Notes under the pieces: generated by a model
Told to the model about the DNA's origin: nothing
What the model saw: the letters and a program-made list of their open reading frames with translations, nothing else
Databases searched by the model: none
Shown here: positions 13,501 to 29,252 of the stretch, piece by piece
How the letters are laid out: each line of letters begins with the position of its first letter
How positions within the stretch are numbered: the first letter of the stretch is position 1
Assembly: GCA_964016885.1 (NCBI GenBank)
Contig: OZ024740.1
Coordinates: forward strand, 261,702,001-261,766,000
DNA length: 64,000 nucleotides
Direction: 5' to 3'
Source of the DNA: Eledone cirrhosa
Lineage: Eukaryota
Position numbers and translations under genes: made by a program

Positions 13501-13580
13501 CTATTACCCACTCTACTGCTCTAAGTATTGAGTACTTTGGTGCGTTATGGTCTATCTGGTTCCTTACCACATTTCCTTCG

Positions 13581-13659
<79 letters not shown>

Positions 13660-13662
<3 letters not shown>

Positions 13663-14390
13663 GAAATAGACAAGTCCCAGATCTCTATGAATATAAACTC
13701 GGTGAAATCGTGAACAAGAGACAAAAGACCATCAAACCTGGTTGAAATGTGAGAAAGGAAGGAATTTCGCACAAGTCTAACGGGGGGGAAGAAGAAGAAG
13801 AAGAAGAAGAAGAAGAAGAAGAAGAAGAAGAAGAAGAAGAAGAAGAAGAAGAAGAAGAAGAAGAAGAAGAAGAAGAAGAAGAAGAAGAAGGGGTCTGGTC
13901 TACGAATTCGGTAAACATAAGTTTTGTGAAGTCGCAGACGAAAGAGAGAGAGAGAAAAAAAATTCCATACCAGCTTGACCAGGACGCGCGAGAAAAGAAT
14001 TTCACACAGGTCAAACTTGAAGGAGGAGGAGGAGAGGTAGTGACAGAGAATGAGTGAGTGAAAGTTGAGGAGGAGGCTAACAGAGAGAGAGACTGCTAGA
14101 AAGGGTAAAAGGTACAAAGAACGAGAAAGGGTAAAGGTACAAAGGACGAAACGGACGGGTAGCAGCAGAAGAAAAATTATGTGTAAATATGATAATAATG
14201 ATGGCTGCGCGTTGCAAATGGTGGTGCATATGATGGCCCTTAAAGCGATGAAATGCCTGGGACGGTTGGAGGGTCACTGATGAAGGATTCACTTTTTCAT
14301 ATGCACCACCATTTGCAACGCGCAGCCATCATTATTATCATATTTACACATAATTTTTCTTCTGCTGCTACCCGTCCGTTTCGTCCTTCG
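13660..14390. repeat. Interspersed repeat with (GAA)n and a terminal inverted duplication; relative at 48420-49142
   Basis: Extensive identity with 48590-49140; arms 14142-14233 / 14297-14388. Confidence 0.75.
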
Positions 14391-14391
14391 T

Positions 14392-14469
<78 letters not shown>

Positions 14470-14628
14470 GTGTGTGTTTGTGTATAGTGAAGCATAAATA
14501 TTCAGAATGGGTTTTTACATATATTTATTCTAAAATTTTCTAATACAAATGTTTCAACGGGTTTGGGGACTATTCAGCGTGTTGGTTCCATACCACCAAC
14601 TCGGCTTCTTCAAGTGGTTTTATCCATA

Positions 14629-14822
14629 GGGGTGGGGGATTCGCAGTATCGGTAGAGGGTCGGACACCATGCTTTGACGCATAGAGTTACGGCCCTTGCC
14701 ATTATGAGTTCAAATCCCGCCAGGTTAACTTTGCCTTTCATCCTTGCGTGGTCGATAAAATAAAGTACCAGTAATGCAATGGGTAATTGCTGGCCTTGTG
14801 CCAAAAGTAGAAACAATTATTT
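14629..14822 (+). mobile_element. tRNA-derived SINE with Nin/Deu-like central domain
   Basis: B-box gagttcaaatccc; gcctttcatcc..gtcgataaaataaagtaccag; tail gtagaaacaattatt; at least 7 copies in the window. Confidence 0.85.
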
Positions 14823-15399
14823 TATCCATCCCTGGTTCTTTGGAGGACCCGGGTAAATATGTATGTAAAGAAACTCCCTGAATTCGTTTCGACGCCTATT
14901 CATAATTTACAACCTCCAAACCTTTTTATCCTCCTCTAATCAATTACTTTTTCCCATTTCATGTATTCATCTCGTGTAAATTCATCTGAGAGGCTAGTCT
15001 GTAGGATTCACTATCTAATCTACTCTCTTTCTCTCTTTCTCCCCCTCCTCTCCCTCTCTCTCCCCTTCTCTCTTTCTACCTCTATTTCCTTCCAGACTTA
15101 GAAATCGCTAGATTTCATACTCTATATCGGCTTAACTATGTATTCATTTCGTGTATTTCATGTATCCTCTCGTGTAAATTCATCTGAGACGCTAGTCGGT
15201 AGGATTCACTCACTTATCTCACCATTTCCCTCCCACCCACCACCGCACACCACCTTAGCCTCAAACCACAGCAATGTAAACATATATCCACTAACTATCT
15301 GTTGGCAATAACCGCTAACTGCTACTGTTACAATCTTCTCTATTCTTCCTGGAAATTTTTGTTTATTATGTATGGGCTGAAATGATAGAGGAGCCCTAA

Positions 15400-18001
<2,602 letters not shown>

Positions 18002-18744
18002 CATATATTAATTAAAGATTAATTAATCTCTAATACTTAAACATCTCAATGAGTGGAATCACTCAGAGAAGCAGTATTATATATTAAATTTAAGTGAGAA
18101 AAAATATTTATGGGAGTGCAAACCAGATAGACAAACATATTTTATCTAAACTCGCTTATACAAATGCATATCTGTGGATTATAACCGAGACTAGTGTACA
18201 ATCTAATACACAGATATAGTCACACACACATACACACACAGAAACACACACACATGTGCAAAAACTGTTGCTTTAACTGTTGCTTTAGAAAAGTTTCATT
18301 TTGAAATGTGAGAGTACCTACACAGAAATAACTATTATATAGTCGATTACTATAAATAAAAGTTAAGATAAGAGGGTGTAGTTTCCTAAATTTACCATCA
18401 AGTTTTATACTTTGAGGATGTTAGATACTCTTTAGTGATGATGAGGATAATGTTAGATACTCTTTAAATGATGATTAGGGATAATGGCGGTGTAGTTTTT
18501 GCTGTATTGATGTAGTAGAGATGGTGTGGTGACATATATATATATATATATATAACATAGTTTAACTAATTCCAAAACATCGATTGGGGGATTAATGGCA
18601 AAAAACTTTCTGTCTGAGATATACATATATGCACGCACATACACACACACACATACGCACGTACACACACACGCGCGCGCACACACGCACACGCACACAC
18701 ACACATACACACACACACGCGCGCGCGCGCGCACACGCACGCAC

Positions 18745-18798
<54 letters not shown>

Positions 18799-19959
18799 TC
18801 ATTTGTTATTTCTCTATATTCCAAGACTAGATCGTATTCACGTAAAGGCCTTCCTTGTATCCTACAGCAATGCCAATCCGCCAGTCATCCAGTAGAGTAG
18901 ACGTAATAATAATACACAAGAAAGACGAAAATATAATGCCAGTTGTGAGAATAACAAATAACCCTCTAAAATTGATATTTTAATTTAATTTTTTTAAAGA
19001 TGTAATATACTAATTTTATTTACAATTGTATAAATAACATTACAAATGGGGAAGGTGTAAAGAAGGGTAGATTTGGCCGTGTTGGAAATTGGAGGAAAGT
19101 ACTATAAAGGGTCATAAATAAGAGAAAAAGGAGACGAAATGCAAAGACTCTAGAGTCACAGAAATAAAAGGAGGGGAAGACGAGAAGTTGATGGGCTCTG
19201 TGACTAGGGCGCGGCGGTGTTGGGGCTGCGTCTCACGGACAAAGCTGCAAAAGCATATCTGCTGTCAATGGCCACCCCACCTTGCGGGGCTGCTCACGTC
19301 CCGATCTTGCGGAGGAGCTCGGCAGTACGGGCTCGAGTACACCTGTTGTCTCGACGACGGCCGGTGCGAAAAGGAAGCGGCCGGACAAACCCCAGTATTT
19401 ATTTGTCTTCCTTTCCTCTGCATTGTGGGTTACAGTACCGGGATTTGTGGCCGAAGCGACTAAGTTGGAGGCGGAGAAGGTGTAACAACATGTGGGATCT
19501 CATATGAAGGATCTACCTCCTTCGAAAGGAAAGAGGGTAATTCCATTGGGTTTGTTGCCGTCTTTGCGGTTGAGACCCTCAGGCTCCAGTAGCGATGAAA
19601 AGCCAACTGCGTCCAGACACCTTCTCAATATGTCGACAGATAAAACGAGGAAGCAGACGATTGAACAGCATTTGAATTTAAAACAAAGTAAACAAAAAGT
19701 GATAAAAAATGATGAGTACCTGTGGTGGACAAGAAATATGTCCATGAATCAGCCTGTGTACCATGGAAATATTTATTTCATATATATATAAATATATATG
19801 TGTGTTTTATCCCAGGTTAAATCAGTTAAATCACGGGAAACCACAACAAGTAAGTTACCCAATACATAGTAGAGTATAAGAGTATATACAAGATTTAATA
19901 TAGAAAGGGCTTCTACAGGATTAGAACTGTTTCATTCGGTGGAAATCACCAGAAAAGCC

Positions 19960-19994
<35 letters not shown>

Positions 19995-20039
19995 TTTTAA
20001 CAAGGTTCAATGAATTCATCAATGAATAAAGTTTTCTAC

Positions 20040-23000
20040 AATAGATTACAAATATAATAAATGATGTAATTCTTTACATTCTCGACATCTCTCAAGGATA
20101 TACCTGTACCATCTAATGATGAATACATGAGGAAGCTAATAGGACAAACAAACTCCTTTATAAGGAGAGTGAGGTGGCGTGCGTTTCATTTTGAAAACAA
20201 AGAAGCAAAAACGAAAAGCAACAACAATAATTTCGAAAACATCTTCAAATCCTGGAAAAATCCTCCATACAACAAGCTCCTGGACGATTTTGAAAGTGAA
20301 ATTCTTAATATACTAAAGAAGATAAAATTTAAGAAAAACCCATATAAAGGTCAATAATACATTAGAAGTTTGAAGGAAAAAAATCATAGATATAAAAAAG
20401 CAAACAACGCCAACAACTTATATGGGATAGAAAAAACGGAATATAAAGATTTAATTTTAAAAGAACTAAGAAAGAATTATAGAAAGGCCCCATCTGATGA
20501 TCTAATAGACATCAATAATGACGCGTTTAAAATAATAGCCAATCTTGGAATTGAGAGAAAGACCGAACCTTTTATACCTACGCAGCCGAGGATAAATTTT
20601 AAGGATCACAAGAGAAATTTTGAAGAAGACTTGCCGGTTAGACTGATAGCTCGATCTAAGTCGGACATTGGAGTAATCAGTAAAAATATTATTGATAGAA
20701 TTTTACCAATTGAAATTGAAGTCAAAGCTGAGCTTATGGAAGGACACTAATGAAGTAATAGACTGGTTTAAAAATATAGAAAATAAGAAAAGTCACAAAT
20801 TTATTCAAATGGACATAGCAAGTTACTATTCATCTATTACACCTAACCTCTTGAATAAAGCTTTGTCTTATGCTTATAAACATACAGATCTAACTAGCGA
20901 GGAGATTGATATCATATTAACGGCTAGAAGAACCCTAATTAATTTTGATGGTGATAGAAATAGAAATTTTGACATTACCATGGGGTCATCTGACTCTGCA
21001 CAAATTACCGATCTTCTGGGAATTTTTCTCCTCAATATGGTAAATAGAAAATTGCCGGAGATTACCGGTGGTTTATATAGGGATGATATTTTATTTACTG
21101 TAATTAAGCATAGCAATACAGAACTAAATAGGGTTAAGAAAACAATAATAGAATTCTTAAAAAATTATGACCTCAAATTAGAAGTTGAAAGTAGCACTAA
21201 AGTAGTTAACTTCCTTGATGTCACCCTTAATTTAAATTCAGGACTATATTACCCCTTCCATAAGCCCAACGAAAACCTAAATTATGTTAACTATTACTCA
21301 AATCACACAAAATCCGTGAAAAATGCAATAGTCAATAGTGTTCAAAAACGCTTAACTAGATTATCGGCTAATAAATCCATTTTTGATGTAAAAGCTGGAT
21401 ATTATATTGAGGCATTACATAAGGCAGGATATAAAAATAATATTAAATATCTAGATAATACTAATTCGAATTATAAATTAGGTAAAAATACGAATAACAT
21501 AAATAAAGCGGACTCTAAAAAGTATTTAAATATAAATAAAAATGATAATGTCGTGAATAAATCTCGGAAAAAAATCAGAACCAAAGCAATGCTTTGTATG
21601 CACCTCCCGCATCTTTAGCTATCAAAAGACCCCTGACAAATTTATTCTTTAAGGCTTTAGATAAATGCTTTCCCAGCACACATAAATACCATTCTATATT
21701 CAATAGACATACAATTAAGCTATCTTACTCTACAACTATGAATATGGCACAGAACATTGCGAAAATAAATAGTAGAATTCTTAATCATAACCAACAAACA
21801 ATTAGGGATAATGGCAATATTAACATTAGCAATAATATTGATACTGTGAATAACAATAACATTAACTTAAGCACTTACAACAGAACACCTCCAACTATTA
21901 GCAATGATAACGTGTACAGTTTAAATTATAATAATAACAGTAAATCAAAATGTAACTGTAGAAATAGATTGCAAAATAATTGTCTTGATAAGAACCTAGT
22001 TTATAAATGTACCGTTAAAGCAAATAACATCACCTACAACTATATACGAGCAACCTCATCGAGCTTTAAATTAAGATATTCGAATCACAAGCACTCTTTT
22101 TTGAATCTGGATAAGAAATTCTCCACTTCTTTATCACAACTAATATGGTCCTTGAAAGAAAACAATTTAGAGTACTCAATATTTTGGTCAAAACTCTGTA
22201 ATAGCCAAGTCTACATCAACTCATCCATATAACCTAACTGCAACCTTTGTGATATGGGGACCCTATTAATAATTACTAATTATGATAAGTTAATTAACAA
22301 AAAAGTGAATTATTCTCAAATTGCTTGCACAAAGCTACATCTACATTCCAAGCTTCACAAAAGATCAGGAAAAAACATTGAATAAATGTGAAATGATTTA
22401 GACGTTTATTAATAACTCTGAGTGTGAAACCATATTGTCTCAGATTAAAAATTCTTGTAATGCTTTTATTATTTATACTATTATTAATATTAAATTAAGG
22501 ATTTCTACCTTAACATTGAAAGTGTTAACCTGATCTCTTGTTGAGTACGTAGGACCCTTACATTGTTTAAATACATTTAATTTTGGTTTTCGTATTTTCT
22601 AAATCTTATATCTTATATATTTGATACCTTTAATGTATTCAGGCTGGTAAACCGTTTAATTACTTTGAAAGGTTATTTACGATTCACGAGGATATGATTA
22701 TACATTTATAGTATAAAAGTCTCCTTAGATCCAAGTTGATAGATTTTTTGTATACTTAAATTGATGTAACATTTTAAATACAGTAAAATCTAGTTGAATT
22801 AAATTTATAACACTCTCAAGAGAAATTATAAGTGACTAATATCGTCTTAAACCTTAAAATTTATAGTCTATATATAAATTATACAAATGTGTATATCTAG
22901 ATAAATCTGGTTTAATAATATCTTATTAGATACATTTATAATGCTTTATGACTTATTAACAACATTTTAATTTTAAGTTTTTTTTTACTAATATATTGAT

Positions 23001-23769
23001 TATATTCTTAATTTTAATATACTTTTAAATATACTTGTGAATACATTTGGAGTTATGATGGACATAAATTTATCTCTTTCACATTACATTTGCTTGAACT
23101 CATATATAATACAATAATATGAATTCTTTAACATTTTATAGTCTAAAATCTTATGTCATTTGATTAATTGACTATTTTCAATTAACTTAAGATTTGAAAA
23201 TAAACGGTCACACATTATTCTTTCCCCCTATCTAATTATACGCTATTTACATGTTACAATGCATATCTTCCTCCTTTTGATTATACGATTTAACTTATTT
23301 TACTCTCTCTATCATTTGATCATTTCTCCCTTCTCTTGTTCCTACGAACAAATCTTCTTTTTTCTCTTTTTATCTCTTTCCTCATGATTTGCTATCTCGA
23401 TCTATCACTTACACTATCAACAATAATGAGGTATGAATATATTATTATTATTTAAATTTTTTACAGTTATAGAAGTTTATGTATTATATATTATTAATTA
23501 TTTATATATATTTATACACATTCTCATATGCACCCTCTGTATTATATGTAATTTTTCATGTTTCAACTTAAGGTATATAAATATCGAGTTTTGTCATAAC
23601 TAATCACTGCCATGACTAAATTATAACCATCAACATAGTCAAGGTATGTCAAACATCAACTTATTTCATCTGATGAGGACGTACTGTTGAAATAGCTCAG
23701 TATCTCTGAAATATGTATAATAAAATATATTTGATCACATGAATGTCTATATTTATTAATATTTTGAAG

Positions 23770-23770
<1 letters not shown>
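20040..23770 (+). mobile_element. Penelope-like element (RT + C-terminal GIY-YIG), frameshifted, long 3' region ending in a hammerhead pLTR
   Basis: MDIASYYSSI, MGSSDSA, GGLYRDD, VNFLDV, SNH; CNC..CLDKNLVYKC..YI..FKLRYSNH; HHR at 23662-23727. Confidence 0.88.
23662..23727 (+). ncRNA. Hammerhead ribozyme in PLE pLTR
   Basis: CTGATGA 23670, stem II GGACGTACTG/CAGTATCTCT, GAAA 23708, TATGTA, TA, stem I tatttcat/ataaaata. Confidence 0.78.
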
Positions 23771-24255
<485 letters not shown>

Positions 24256-24309
24256 GTTCAAGAAAACAACAAATAGAGGTACAAAATGTCATCATTTATA
24301 CTATGGACA

Positions 24310-24450
24310 TCTGCAGCTTCCGGATACCAAATTCCACTCACAATGCATTCGTCGACTCGAAGCAATAGTAGAAGACATTTGCCCAAGTTTCGGCGCAGCT
24401 GATCTGAACCCCAAAACAACTGTTTCCTATGCAAACTCTCTAACTACACG
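24310..24450 (-). mobile_element. Second SINE family, degraded
   Basis: ccactcacaa..tagtagaagacatttgcccaag..tgaaccc (reverse B-box) pattern. Confidence 0.55.
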
Positions 24451-25032
24451 TCTCACTTTGCTTCCGCCTTTCCCTCTATCTCTCTTTCACTCCCTCTCAC
24501 TAGCCCCCCCCCTCTCCCACACACACGCAGGAAATCCACAGATTATTAAATGTCTTGAAACATCCTTTTATTCCTTCTTTGACTGCAGGCCTTGTCTAAA
24601 ATTTTAACCCGTATCCTTTGACTATGTTGTCTTTATCAAGTGACAGAATCCCGAATGCTCGTTAGACGGAATTTGAAAACATTGCTAAATAACAGTTTGT
24701 AAAATCTAAAATTCAGGAAACCGCATATATACGTAAGGAAGAAATAGTAAAGAATTCTAAAAGGACATTTGATTATAATGCATATTCATTTGGCAAACAT
24801 TATTTACATTCAATACAATGTCTCCTTATAAAATAGATTTGATAAAACATAATTTGCTTTAAATTATTCTCAAATGGCGTATATTTAAATAACTATAATA
24901 TTTTCCTTAATAAAGTTAATCTTTTGATAACATTTATTTTCATTACATACAATGTAAAAAAGAATGTTTGCCAAATACATATCCCCTTTCAAAATGAATT
25001 TTAAACATTATTCATTTCATATATATATATAT

Positions 25033-25168
25033 TTAGTTATGTAATAAACAACATAAGATAATTATTTCATTTACCAGTGGTTTCTTGAAAGCAACCAAAA
25101 TTTTGGTTGCTTTCAAGAAACCACTGGTAAATGAAATAATTATCTTATGTTGTTTATTACATAACTAA
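25033..25168. repeat. Perfect fold-back palindrome centred on stem II of the 2778-type hammerhead
   Basis: Axis at 25100/25101 within TTGAAAGCAACCAAAA|TTTTGGTTGCTTTCAA; GAAA CCACTGG TA follows. Confidence 0.92.
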
Positions 25169-25229
25169 TAAGCTCTGTAACTTACATAGAGCACTCTTTT
25201 ATCCTGGACCTTTCCGACGGAATTACTTC

Positions 25230-25350
<121 letters not shown>

Positions 25351-25395
25351 ATAATTGAAAATATTAACAAAAATAGACATTCGTGTGATCAAGTA

Positions 25396-25462
25396 TATTT
25401 TATTATACATATTTCAGAGGTACTGAGCTATCTTCAACAGTACGTCCTCATCAGATAAAATA
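25396..25462 (-). ncRNA. Hammerhead ribozyme (left arm of palindrome 25352-25688)
   Basis: Reverse complement of 25578-25644. Confidence 0.8.
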
Positions 25463-25577
25463 AGATGATGCATGACATACCCTGACTTAGTAGATGGCTA
25501 AGATTCAGTCATTGTAGTGAATCTACCATGACTGAATCTTAACCATATACTAAGTCAGGGTATGTCATGCATCATCT

Positions 25578-25644
25578 TATTTTATCTGATGAGGACGTAC
25601 TGTTGAAGATAGCTCAGTACCTCTGAAATATGTATAATAAAATA
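25578..25644 (+). ncRNA. Hammerhead ribozyme (right arm)
   Basis: Stem I tattttat/ataaaata (8 bp); CTGATGA 25586; stem II GGACGTACTG/CAGTACCTCT; GAAA 25625; TATGTA TA, cleavage after 25636. Confidence 0.85.
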
Positions 25645-25782
25645 TACTTGATCACACGAATGTCTATTTTTGTTAATATTTTGAATTAATATTAATAACG
25701 CCGGAAAACCATTACTGTTGAGTGCTTCCAATCTATTGTAAAACTCATTCTTTGATTTATTCATTGAACCTTGTTTAACCTT

Positions 25783-25870
<88 letters not shown>

Positions 25871-26268
25871 TGTGTGTGTCCAGGGTTCAATCTGAGGTAA
25901 CCACAGTAAGGTACTCAGTATATAGCAGAGTATAAATATTTAAAATAGAAATGGCTTCTACAGGAGTAGAACTGATTCATTTGAAGGAAATCATCATCAT
26001 CATCATCATCATATATATGTATATATATATTGGAAAATGTATGATATCCTTGGTACGGCTAGGTATATTTTAAAAGAGGTACAGAATGACTTTACTTATA
26101 GTGCTAAACAATTTAATTTAAATTTATATTATTATATAATTTAAAATTATATTATTATATTATATTAATATAAAATTATTAAATTAAAGTGACGTCGTTC
26201 TTCTCCTTTTTAAAAATATAGATATGTGTATAACAATAATAATAATAATATTATTTATACTTATATAT

Positions 26269-26386
26269 TGAGTTCAAATCCCGCCGAGGTTGACTTTGCC
26301 TTTCATCCTTACGGGGTCGATAAAATAAAGTACCAGTAATGCACTGGGTAATTGCTGGCCTTGTGCCTAAAGTAGAAACAATTATT
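26269..26386 (+). mobile_element. 5'-truncated Nin/Deu-like SINE with 19-bp target-site duplication
   Basis: attatttatacttatatat at 26250-26268 and 26381-26399. Confidence 0.85.
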
Positions 26387-26415
26387 TATACTTATATATA
26401 CACTATATATAATTA

Positions 26416-27814
26416 CTAGCAGCTGAGCCTGGTTGCACCCGGGGCCACTTTTTATTAAGTTAATAATTTGAAAAATATTATTGAAAGTTTATTATAAAGA
26501 AGCAGTTTCAGAAAAAAAATAGAAATATACACATGGGGCTGGACGGCGTACAATGAGAAGTGGAGCGACGTGAAAAGCGTTGTTTATTAACAGCGAAATA
26601 GCAATGTCGATGATATGCAATTTGAAAAATACTACTTACTGTTAGTGGTGGTTAACATGTATTAGAATTAAAATAAAAACACGCGTCCCTTCTTCGCAAT
26701 TTAAGGGTTTGGCGATACTTGGTTTTAGTGTCCTAAATTATCATCATCGACATTCAATTATTAGCTCAACCCACTACACGATACGTCACGACACGTCATC
26801 AGCTGCTGCTGCGGCTTGATTTTTACATGTTCATTTTCTTACATGATTCATTTTTACACGAAAAAACATTGAATTTTTAGAATAAATATTTATTAAAATA
26901 TTAACAGAGAAAATCAGATTTTTGATTTATTTTTTGAACAAAATAAATATTTATTTACAGTTTTTCACAGAAAAACTATGCTTCATTTTTACATGAATAT
27001 TTATTTACAGTTTTTAAGTTTTTAACCGAAACACTATGCTTCATTTTTACATGAATATTTATTTACAGTTTTTAACAGAAAAAAAATTGCTGCGAAATAC
27101 ATTTTTTTTTTAACACACGATACGTCACGAAGGTAAATGTTTCGAAAAAATTTTAAACTGTATATCGCAACAATATATTGTTTAAAGAAATTTTTTTTCT
27201 GTTGTTTAAAACTGTAAATCTGTTAAAAAAAAAATGTATTTAACCGAAACACTATGCTTCATTTTTACATGAATATTTATTTACAGTTTTTAACAGAAAA
27301 AAAATTGCTGCGAAATACATTTTTTTAAAAACAGATTTACAGTTATTAACAACAGAAAACAATTTCTTTAAACAATATATTGTTGCGATATACAGTTTAA
27401 CATTTTTTCGAAACATTTACCTTCGTGACGTATCGTGTAGTGGGTGGAGCTAATAATTGCATGTCGATGATGATAATTTAGGATACTAAAACCAAGTATC
27501 GCCAAGGGTTTTATTTCTTTTGATGGAAAACAGTGACCGTACTGCAGAATCGATTTAATAAAACGGTACTGTATGATCGTTAAATGTAGAAGGATGATGA
27601 AATTGTAAATAAGACAAAAGTATTAGAACAGGGGGAAATAACTCACTAAACGCGATAGTTTTGGGGCCCCAGGGACCACATTTTTCAAGTTAGAGATTTG
27701 AAACACTTTTTACATGGGTGTGTAAATTTTCATGTCAGTCCGACCACGTCTACTACCATTTAACCGTGCACATTTGAATTTCAACCACCGCCCATTTCAC
27801 AAATATATATTAGA
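26416..27814 (-). mobile_element. Non-autonomous Helitron
   Basis: Minus strand starts A|TC (27814) and ends with hairpin cccgggtgcaaccaggc plus CTAG|T (26416); no TSD; internal direct and inverted repeats. Confidence 0.75.
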
Positions 27815-27984
27815 TAAACAGGAAAGGTCAGTATTTTTTACCACCTTATTACCAGTATGAAAAATAGCTCAATGTAAATACATCAGATGTCTTACAGAGC
27901 AGGAATATAAATTACAGAATAAAATGTTTTGAACATAGTTTTGATTATTCTGTAATTTATATATATATATATATATATATATTA

Positions 27985-28125
27985 TAAAGAAAACGAAAAA
28001 TCAGTGATGCATCTGGACTTATTTTAAACAAATGTTTCGCCGGCAGGTAGCTCGAGACATGGTCCTTGTATGGATCCGGCTGATTCTACTTCTGCGGGTT
28101 CTTTCAGACACGGGTTTTCGTCTGG
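27985..28125 (-). repeat. Degenerate hammerhead cassette related to 47198-47386
   Basis: Shared aaacgaaaaatcagtgatgcatctggact and ctacctgccggc GAAA cattt. Confidence 0.55.
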
Positions 28126-28372
28126 AGCAAATTTTATCACTGGGGTGTTATCATGAAAAAACACCCTAAAAAAACCCTACTTCCACTCTTGTCATGCCAT
28201 TGGCTGTTTTTACTCCACGTCATCACTAGTTCTGGTCAGTATTTACTGCCACACGATTCATCAACAATTTTCCGTCCGACACATTTCGATGGAGTCATGC
28301 TGGGTTCAGTACTTCACACGTCTGCTCACACTTCAGAATAAGCACCCACACATACTAAAATACACACGCTTA

Positions 28373-28431
<59 letters not shown>

Positions 28432-28566
28432 GCATAAGCGTGTGCCTTTGTATTTGTGAGTCCGCTATTATAGAACTTTGAAAGAAAAGAAAAAAATACA
28501 GTGAGAGTAAAGGAAGATAAAAAGAGTGTGCGTGTGTGAAAGAGAGAGAAAGAGAGAAAGAGAGAA

Positions 28567-28605
<39 letters not shown>

Positions 28606-28870
28606 GAGTGTGAAAGAGTGAGAGAGAGAGGGGAGACTGATATAGAAAAATGACGACGACCAATTACTTGGACAGACGTTGTTTACGATGTCATGTAATT
28701 CATTTTTCATTGAATATTATGTCAGAGTTGAGCCGTATGTCTACAACCTGGTCACTGATCCATGACCTCATTGAACGTAAGTCTTCATACCAATTCTCAG
28801 ATTCTCTATCTAACACTTTCCTTCTCTCTCTCTCTTCTTCTCTCCATAAAAGATATATATATAGATATGT

Positions 28871-28919
<49 letters not shown>

Positions 28920-29019
28920 ATTCAGACACAAATACATGATGTAACAATACTTGATACACATACTTATGAACATACACGGATAAACACATGTATAAAGTTT
29001 ATTTGCTGCGTCTGCTCCA

Positions 29020-29178
29020 GTATACTCAGCTGAATTTGAGTACTAACTGGGGGTTAACCCTGCGATGGAATGGCGTCGTGTCCAGGAGGAATCTTGTACT
29101 CTCAGTCGCTTCACACCACCGAAACCGGGAGAAGTACCGGCCTGATGAGCCTCCGGGCTTGAGACAGACTTGACTTGA
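29020..29178 (+). mobile_element. SINE 3' fragment (V-SINE-like domain)
   Basis: ggggttaaccctgcgatggaatggcgtc..gtccagg..gtcgcttca..gaaaccggg; weaker copy near 37950. Confidence 0.5.
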
Positions 29179-29217
29179 ATTATGTACATATGTATGTATA
29201 TATATATATATATATAT

Positions 29218-29252
<35 letters not shown>

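Noticed and set aside
13749-14057. Poly-Glu ORF
   Set aside because: It is a (GAA)n expansion inside a non-coding repeat; the sister copy at 48.7 kb lacks it.
19000-19790. GC-richer segment with short ORFs
   Set aside because: No recognisable domain; probably a retroelement fragment, but I cannot assign it.
19900-19970. Hammerhead-like CTGGTGA..GAAA CAGTTC TA on the minus strand (relative near 25960; another weak one near 62730)
   Set aside because: Core mutated and stem I not supported; not counted.
24589-24731. Possible plus-strand exon (ctgcag acceptor, gtaagg donor)
   Set aside because: Stops in all three frames; splice-like motifs alone are insufficient.
29120-29160. GAAACCGG..CCGG CCTGATGAG resembling a permuted hammerhead
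   Set aside because: No UH site or stem I between the parts; it is part of a SINE body.
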